A stretch of 64,000 bases of DNA from positions 72,664,001 to 72,728,000 of the forward strand of contig OX597825.1 of the NCBI GenBank assembly GCA_951406725.2, given 5' to 3'. Source of the stretch: Octopus vulgaris. Taxonomy: Eukaryota. Each line of letters starts with the position of its first letter. Position 1 is the stretch's first letter. The notes under the pieces were generated by a model that was given only the letters and a program-made list of their open reading frames with translations, was not told the DNA's origin and ran no database searches. The translations under genes were made by a program, and so were the position numbers. Shown here piece after piece: positions 54,770-64,000 of the stretch.

Positions 54770-54980
54770 GTGTATGATGGCTCTAAATGACCATCACTGT
54801 CATACAAGCAATGTCTATTTCCAGGTTTCCATGTAAAATATCTAGTGAAGAGGAAATATTACCTTGTTTGAAAATAGGCGAGGGTTGGGGACAGGTAAAG
54901 CATCCAGCTGAAGAAAATCTGCTTCAACAAATTCTGTCTCGCCCATACAAGCATGGAAAAGTGGACATTAAACATTAATG
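54770..54980 (+). mobile_element. family F repeat sharing the family E 3' end
   Basis: GAGGGTTGG...CAGG.AAGG.ATC...GCATGGAAAAGT; second copy at about 57150-57345. Confidence 0.6.
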
Positions 54981-56333
54981 GTGATAGTCGTGGCTGGATT
55001 ATCTTTACTCAGTCAGGGCTGACCCAAGGCTAACAAAAACTTGTTTTATCATGGCCCCGAAGGATGAAAATGGCAAAGTTGAACTTGGCAAGATTTGAAA
55101 TCAGAACATTAAGAGAAATGGATAAATATGCAAAAAAAACTACGAATTCTGTTACTAATCACCACTGCAACTAACCCCCACCCCCACCCCACATACACAC
55201 ACTCATTCACACACTCACACACATGCATGCACACATGCACACAAACACACATACACACACACACAAAGCACCCACCACACCTACCTAATTAGTACTAATA
55301 AATAAGCCAGTAATTTAATCAACCACAGATTTTCCTTTAACTAAGCGTTAACAGACGATAAACTCATTACTTTGACATTAAAATCTTAATTCCGTTTTAA
55401 AAATATAATTCATTTTAAAATACTAAAATTAAATTAAGTTTAAAATGCAAAGAAAAATCAAAATAAATTAAATAAATGCAAATCAGTTTTTTTTTTTTTT
55501 TTGTAAAGAAACAGAACAATTTTATAAATGCAAGCATGGCTGTGTGGGAGGAAGTTTGCTTCCCAGCCACATGGTTCTGGGTTCAGTCCCACTGTGTGGC
55601 ACCTTGGGCAAAATGTCTTTTTTTAGAGATCTAGGCTAACCAAAGCCTTGTGAGTAGATTTGGCAGACGGAAACCGAAAGAAGCCTGTATGAAAGACTAC
55701 TGCACGTGTGTGTGTGTGTGTGTGTATGTGTGTGTGTGTGTGCATGTATGTGTGTGTGTGCGCATGTCCATCTATATGTAGGTATGCATGTGTGTATGCA
55801 TACATGTATATATGTAAGTGTGTGTGTGCTTGTGTCTTTGTGCCAGTGGTCTTCCCACCACTTGGCAATCAGTGTTGTTTGTTCAGTCCACATAACTTAG
55901 CAGTCAGAAAAAGAGACTGATAGATAAGATTCAATCAGACTCAAAAAATAAGCACTGCGGTTCATTTCTTCAACTGAACTTTTCGAGGTGGTGCCCCAGC
56001 ATGGCCACAGTCCAATGACTAAAAACAAGTAAAAACATAAAAGAATTAAAGAATACAAAACATCTGAACAATAATGGATGTTAGGAAGTTAAGAAGGAAA
56101 CTACCAGGAAGACTGCAAACCACAAAACTCGTTAGTTAATTGGCAAAAGACAAAAGAACTTCATTATTTTAATAATGCACAACAGGTGTGCAGAGCAAAG
56201 TTTTAAAAACCCAGGTGTGTTGATCATGGATAGACATACAACTGCAGCTGTCTGCTGTCATAGTAACCGGTTCCCTTTCAAATAAAACCACCCTCACACC
56301 AAAGTCTAGGGAGCAATATCAGACCTCACTCAC

Positions 56334-56550
56334 CCATATCAGCTTTGTTTTTGAACGTGTATTTACAATCTGAACGCCGACAATGGAAGTGTGTTGTGCG
56401 TTGTCCGTAGAATGAACAGCTGGGAGTGCCACAGTCCTCAGTGGCTCGGAATCGTTGGAAACCTTCCTGAATGATAGCAGAATCTTTTCGATGGTAGTTG
56501 GCATGCATCTGGACATCAGATGTACTAATGTAGACTTTATCACATGGTTG
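56334..56550 (-). CDS. CASZ1: castor/CASZ1 coding exon (217 nt)
   Basis: cctttcag/GTGAGT; [72 protein letters not shown]; [13 protein letters not shown] is a castor hallmark. Confidence 0.96.
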
Positions 56551-56770
56551 CTGAAAGGAGAAACGCAGAAAGCATTTGTTTCAAAGACAATATATACCAT
56601 TTACAAATAAGGAACAACCCCTTTAAGCTGAATGAGGCTAAAACTTCACACGTGGTGAACATTTGAGTGATTTGACATGCTTTCCTACTAATGAATTCTT
56701 GATCAATGAATGGCTGAATCCCCCCCCTACACACACACACACTGCTCAGTCAAGGCTCACCTGGGTCTAA

Positions 56771-56999
56771 GCGGCGAGCTGGCAGAATCGTTAGCACGCC
56801 GGGCAAAATGCATAGCTGTATTTTGTCTGCCGTTACGTTCTGAGTTCAAATTCCGCCAAGGTCGACTTTGCCTTTCATCCTTTCGGGGTCGATAAATTAA
56901 GTACCAGTTACGCACTGGGGTCGATGTAATCAACTTAATCCGTTTGTCTGTCCTTGTTTGTCCCCTCTGTGTTTAGCCCCTTGTGGGCAATAAAGAAAT
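56771..56999 (+). mobile_element. SINE family B1 monomer with ~21-bp TSD
   Basis: AAGGCTCACCTGGGTCTAAGC at 56752-56772 and 57000-57020. Confidence 0.93.
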
Positions 57000-57475
57000 A
57001 AGGCTCACCTGGGTCTAAGCAGCTTAAAAGAGCAGATATGTAAGAGGATGGGTAACTGGATGCTGTAATATAGTTCAAATGTCTACCAATATGAATGATA
57101 CGACCCCTAAATAGGTGTTTGTGAGTGTGTGCATTTGCATCTCCTTATCTTGACATAAAATGATTGTCACTCTTATATAAACAGTGTCATTCATTTCCAG
57201 ACTTCAGTGAGAATACATCTGGCCATAGTAACAGGTGAGGGTTGGTAACAGGAAAGGCACCTCACCATAGAAAATCTGCAACAATAAACTCAATCCAACC
57301 AATGCAAGCATGGAAAAGTAAATGCTAAATGATGATGATGATGATGCTCAGCAAATTTTCAGTTTCCATCTATTGAATCCATTCACAAGGCTTTGGTTGG
57401 CCCAAGGCTATAGTAGAAGACACTTGCGCAAGGTGGGACTGAAACCAGAACCATGTGTTTGAGACGCAAGCTTCT

Positions 57476-57700
57476 TATTTCTTTATTACCCACAAGGGGC
57501 TAAACATAGAGGGGACAAACAAGGACAAAGGGATTAAGTCGATTACATTGACCCCAGTGCGTAAACTGGTACTTAATTTATCAACTCCAGAAGGATGAAA
57601 GGCAAAGTCGAACTCGGCGGAATTTGAACTCAGAACGTAGCGGCAGACGAAATACTGCTAAGTATTTCGCCCAGCGTGCTAACGATTCAGCCAACTTGTT
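57476..57700 (-). mobile_element. SINE family B1 nested in a family A head
   Basis: Family A sequence resumes after 57705; imperfect duplication GCAAGCTTCTTAT/GCGAACTTCTTAT. Confidence 0.8.
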
Positions 57701-58600
57701 TCTGATGCGAACTTCTTATCACACAGCTATGCCTGTGCTTATCCACACTTTTAAACAGAGGTTAGATAAAGTGTATAACATATTCTAATGTTCACAATAC
57801 TTAGAAGAGAATAAAGATGTGAAGGGCATGGCCGGAAAGCATTTGATCAAACATAGATGTGAGCAGAAGCAGGACTAGCTTTGAGTTCAACAAAATCCAC
57901 CACATTCACCTTAAAAGGATGAAATGCAAAATGTAAACATCAAAAATTGCAAGAGATTTGAATCAAAAAAAGACTGCAAAAAGTAAATATTTCATAACAT
58001 TTAACCTCAAGTTTTGCAATCTGTGACAATTCCAACATCGACCGGTGTTGCTACTGTAGATTTTTTGGGTCTTTTTTTGTTAGTAACTGATGCAGAGATG
58101 AGGTCAGGTTTTTTGCTTTTTTTCTTTACTTTTCTGCCAAACAGGCCAATGGAAGCACAAACAGCTGACACTCAGCCTTTCGATATTAAAAAAATCAAGG
58201 TGAGGACGTGTTTGATGCATAAAATATTGACATTTAGCTTCAATAGTTTGTTTCCCCCTTTTTTTTCAAACAAAATCAAAGATTTTAAGTAAACAGATCA
58301 AAAGAAATTAACTCCTGTATATAAATATTGGCGCTGCCATTATTAGAATGTTCGCTAGAATTGGCACAGGAATGGCTGCATACTCTTTACTCTTTTGCTT
58401 GTTTCAGTCATTCAACTGCAGCCATGCTGGAGCACCACCTTTAGTCGAGCAGATCGACCCTCTGGACTTATTCTTTGGAAGCCTAGTACTTAGTCTATCG
58501 GTCTCTTTTGCCGAACCGCTAAGTTACAGGGACATAAACACACCACCATCAGTTGTCAAGCGATGTTGGGGAGACAAACACAGACACACAAACATATACC

Positions 58601-58645
<45 letters not shown>

Positions 58646-59299
58646 GACGGGTTTCTTTCAGTTTCCGTCTACCAAATCCATTCACAAGGCTTTGGTTGGC
58701 CCAAAGCTATAGTAGAAGACACTTGCTCAAATTGCCACTCCTGCGCCTATGGTTAAAATATTTGCTTTCCAACCACAAGGTTTCAGGTTCAGGCCCACCG
58801 CATGACAGGCTTCTTTCAATTTCTGTCTATCAAATCCATTCTCAAAGGCTTTGGTTAGCCCAAGGCCATATAGAGGACACTTGCCCAAGGTGCCACACAG
58901 TGAGACTGAACCCAAGATCACATGGTTAGAAAGCAAACTTCTTAATCACACAGCTAACCATGCTGATGCCTGTATTGTTATACCTGAAAGGCCCCTGTGC
59001 CGTGGCACGTAAAAGGGCACCATTCAAGCATGATCGTTACCAACATCGCCTTACTGGCACCTGTGCTGGTGGCATGTGTAAAAAGATTCGAGCGAGGTCG
59101 TTGCCAGTACCGCCTGACTGGTCCTGTGCCAGTGGCACATAAAAAGCACCCACTACACTCTCGGAGTGGTTGGCATTAGGAAGGGCATCCAGCTGTAGAA
59201 ACCCTGCCAGATCAAGATTGGAGCCTGGTGCAGCCATCTGGTTTGCCAGCCCTCAGTTAAAATCGTCCAATCCATGCTAGCATGGAAAGCAGATGTTAA

Positions 59300-59334
<35 letters not shown>

Positions 59335-59430
59335 ACATTCTTATATTCCAATAAATTTGGAATATTAGTGAAGAGACTGTAAGGTGAAGGATTCTTAGAG
59401 TTATTTGACCAAAAATCGGAAGCTATTTAC

Positions 59431-59595
59431 CTGCAAACAGTGGTAATGTGTTTGGCGTCGGTTGTGAGAACAATTTGGGTAGAGCGAACTACAATTATCC
59501 ATGGGGCTGTAACGCATAAAACCATATTGAAGAGAATCATCTCTTTTCTTGTGCCATTTAAAGTGACGAACCATTTCTTCCTTTTTGGAAAACAC
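59431..59595 (-). CDS. CASZ1: castor/CASZ1 coding exon (165 nt)
   Basis: ttacag/GTAAAT boundaries; VFSKKEEMVRHFKWHKKRDDSLQYGFMRYSPMDNCSSLYPNCSHNRRQTHYHCLQ, like the CASZ1 HKKRDNSLQHGFMRFSP segment. Confidence 0.95.
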
Positions 59596-59760
59596 CTGTA
59601 AGACAGACAGACAGACATAATAAGAACAGGCTGTGATGAAAGAAACATTTTTAAAACAACCCATAAGAAATATCAGTTCTTACTTGTCCATATCAGCATT
59701 AGATTTTTAAGCAGATTAGTATTTCTCAACTGGGGTCCATATGACCTTTGGGGGTCTATA

Positions 59761-60165
59761 TACAAGGGGTTGTTGGAAAATTCCTGGCTCTAAGGATGTC
59801 ATGAAAGGCCTGGTTAGAAGTCTGAACTCCTGAGTTCTTTTACAGGGCTTAGGAAAACTGAAGGACCACTGCAATAAGTGTGTGAAGCTGAGAGGGGAAT
59901 ATGTTAGAAAAAAATCATAGTTAATTGATCCTTCTGTATTTTCTTTTACCAAAAGCCAGGAACTTTTTAGCACTCCCTCATAACTAAATATATGTGGAGT
60001 GGGGTATGAGAGGGTGCTGAAAAGTTTCTGGATTTAGGGGTAGTGCGAAAGGCCTGGTTGGTGGCCCAACCTTCCGAGTTCTTTTACAGGGCTTAGAAAA
60101 AGTGAAGGACCACTACAATAAGTGTCTGAATCTGAGAGGGGAATATTTTCTTTTACACGCTAAGC
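59761..60165 (+). mobile_element. two mariner-derived non-autonomous copies
   Basis: TACAAGGGG...TTCCTGGCT / AGCCAGGAAC...CCCTCATA TIRs; NKCVKLRGEYV remnant. Confidence 0.8.
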
Positions 60166-60215
60166 CACTGGTAATGGAAATTTCTAATATTTCTGATTAC
60201 CCTTTGATATTATTA

Positions 60216-60246
<31 letters not shown>

Positions 60247-60764
60247 TTAATGGGCTTTCCCCCAGTTTCTATCAACTGATTTCACTCACAAAGCATTGGC
60301 CAGCTCAGAGCTATTTCTAATAAAAGACATTTGCTGTGTAGTGGGACTGAACCTGACACTACATGATTGTAAAGCAAACTTCTTAACTACACAGCCACTC
60401 CTCCACCCATGCTAGTTTATTGATCTGATCCTGAAAGATATGTCTAAGTTGTCCTCGGAGAGATTTGAGCTCAGAACATTAAAGGGGCTGTGTTTAACCA
60501 TTTTGCGTTTAATCCAGTCATATCTGGTCAAAATATTCTTCCTGTTTTTTTTTCAAACTGTCAACATTTGGCCTTTTACACCTACCCTACAATGTCATTA
60601 AAAAAATATACAATCACATCATTGCAATATCAAAACTATGAGAATAAAGAAGCATTACATTTAACAGAGTGACTGAATGCTAAATAGTTAAACACCACAA
60701 GGCACTGTAACAATTCTATCCCTCCACTGCCTTGAGCATTGTCAAATAAGGTAACAAGTCTTAC

Positions 60765-60852
60765 CTTATAATTGCAGTCAAAACAATGATAATGTTCGCG
60801 GTAGTGCATGTCTTTGCAGTGGGACACACTGCATTCTGTGCTGCTACTGAAT
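60765..60852 (-). CDS. CASZ1: castor/CASZ1 coding exon (first in window; 88 nt)
   Basis: ttttccag acceptor, GTAAGA donor; translates (R)FSSSTECSVSHCKDMHYREHYHCFDCNYK, matching the first castor-type finger (YREHYHC) of CASZ1; phase 0 into the next exon. Confidence 0.93.
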
Positions 60853-60934
60853 CTGGAAAAACAAAAAGGAAAAAAAAAAACATTGTACTTCTTAAGTACT
60901 CAAAAAGCATTAGTATTATTAATTTACTTCCATG

Positions 60935-61542
60935 CTGTGCTTGAGAAGACTCGGCAAGCTCAAGTGAGACCATAACCTTGTGGCCTGTGCCAGGAGTGTA
61001 ACCAGCCCACTTATGAGTACCTTTCCTTCATTCGACACTAAACTCTGCCTGCGAAGACCAGTTGAAGCAAGTGAAATCAAATTCGATGACTGGCATCCAT
61101 ACTAGTGGAGCGCTAAGAGTACCATACGAGCATGATTGTTGCCAGAGCAACAAGCTGGCCTCCGTGCCATTGGCACGTAAAAAATCACCATTCAAGCGTG
61201 ATCATTACCTGCATTGCCTTACTGGCACTTGTGCTGGTGGCATGTGAAAAAACATTCGAGTGAGGTCATTGCCAGTGCTGCTGGACTGACTCCTGGGCAG
61301 GAGGCACATAAAAAACACCATTTGAACGTGGCCATTGCCAGTACCGCCTGACTGGCCCTCATGCCAGTGGCACGTAAAAGCACTCACTACACTCTCGGAG
61401 TGGTTGGCATTAGGAAGGGCATCCAGCTGTAGAAACTCTGCCAGATCAGACTGGAGTCTGGTGCAGCCATCTGGTTCGCCAGACCTCAGTCAAATCGTCC
61501 AACTCATGCTAGCATGGAAAGCAGACATTAAACGATGATGAT
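60935..61542 (+). mobile_element. family E element, longest copy
   Basis: Matches 46996-47512 with extra internal repeat units. Confidence 0.8.
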
Positions 61543-61819
61543 GAGGAGGAGGATTATCCTGCTAGCATGAGCTGAAGGATGGAAGGAGAGAGATGAGCAA
61601 TAGCAGAAGTGGACAAAGACAGGAGTAGATAATGGCTAATAGTAGAAGAGATTAAAGAGTAGATACACATAACATTTCTGCTATAATTCTTGATGGAATT
61701 GGTTTGACTCATGTTATTGCACAACAAACAGGACTTACTTCTCTTATGGATGTTTTTGGGGGTGCAGTATTCAGAAACTCCAATGGAGATTTTCTTAGAG
61801 GTACTGGCCAATATTTCTC

Positions 61820-61912
61820 TAGGCAGAATTTGAACTCAGAATCTGAAGACAGACAAAATGCTTAGCAGCATTTTGTCCAGCATGCTAACAAGTCTGCCAG
61901 CTCACCAACTTC

Positions 61913-61969
<57 letters not shown>

Positions 61970-62150
61970 CCTTTTTATTATAGGCACAAGGCCCGAAATT
62001 TGGGGGTGGGAAATAGTCGATTACATCGACCCCAGTATTTCACTGGTACTTAATTTATCGATCCGAAAAGGACAAAAAGGCAAAGTCGACCTCAGTGGAA
62101 TTTGAACTCAGAACGTAACAGCAGACCAAAAGTCCTCTAAGTATTTCGAT
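61820..62150 (-). mobile_element. SINE family B2 copies around (AAT)n
   Basis: B core and B2 tail motifs. Confidence 0.75.
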
Positions 62151-62177
62151 TGTCGTGCGAACAATCTACCTTGATGG

Positions 62178-62216
<39 letters not shown>

Positions 62217-62268
62217 GGAGGAGGAGGAGGAGGAGGAGGGGAGAAATAATAATAGTAATAATAATAAT

Positions 62269-62299
<31 letters not shown>

Positions 62300-62322
62300 A
62301 TAATAATAATAATAATAATAAT

Positions 62323-62366
<44 letters not shown>

Positions 62367-62754
62367 ACGTCAGTCAGTCCCGCTGACCCAAACAAACCCT
62401 AATCCATCCCATAAACATAATTATGGGGTTATTTAAGATTAATTCTACTGGTCCAAGAAAAATTGAGAATTTTTCAAAATTTCAATTACACAAACCCCAG
62501 CTGCATTAATTATGTTAGATTAATTAGTTATAAATTAGTTAGCTGCTGCTTAATTATTACTGTATTTCGTTTTTTGGGGTTTGTTTCGTATTTTTGTTAT
62601 TTGCATTTATTAAATACTTTTATATTTATATTTTATTTATTTATTGCTAAATTTTCATAACCATTCTTGATTAATTAACAGAAAAAAAAAATTAATTAAT
62701 TAGGGAAGGTCAGGAAGTTTATTTATAGGGTTTACTGGTTTACTTGGGAATATA

Positions 62755-63850
<1,096 letters not shown>

Positions 63851-64000
63851 GGTAATTAAATCCCCTTTGTAGACATAATGATGACCACAATGATGTCGTT
63901 AATGTTGTAAGCTCAGCAGCTGATTAAACACGATCTAACAGATTTGTGTCCAAAGAGTTGTTCCAGTCATGACCACCACCTCTTTTTTTTTTACAGACAT

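Noticed and set aside
61554-61811. Minus-strand 85-aa ORF as a candidate upstream castor exon
   Set aside because: No castor similarity and no convincing phase-2 donor identified; upstream exons probably lie beyond 64000.

Overview
AT-rich, microsatellite-dense animal genomic DNA. The repeat families look like octopus (coleoid cephalopod); that assignment is an inference. One real protein-coding gene is present: a castor/CASZ1 zinc-finger transcription factor on the minus strand. I traced 8 phase-compatible GT-AG coding exons (60852 down to the stop at 44261, about 1290 codons, 12 castor-type fingers); the 5' exons were not found and probably lie beyond the window. An intact tRNA-Trp(CCA) gene sits at 21407-21478. 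The rest is mostly tRNA-derived SINEs (labelled A-F here), Tx1/L1-like and CR1-like LINE fragments, mariner and hAT fossils/MITEs, Penelope-like short repeats and microsatellites. Nearly all other ORFs in the track are microsatellite or SINE artefacts. Most interesting signals: (1) several type-I hammerhead-ribozyme-like motifs in different Penelope-like repeats, one duplicated as a perfect 100-bp palindrome and three with a CCGANGA core variant; (2) SINE-B multimers that restart at the same nucleotide and carry a tail matching Tx1-like LINE 3' ends, which themselves sit in specific microsatellites, suggesting a target-specific LINE/SINE system; (3) one SINE head joined to three different tails.
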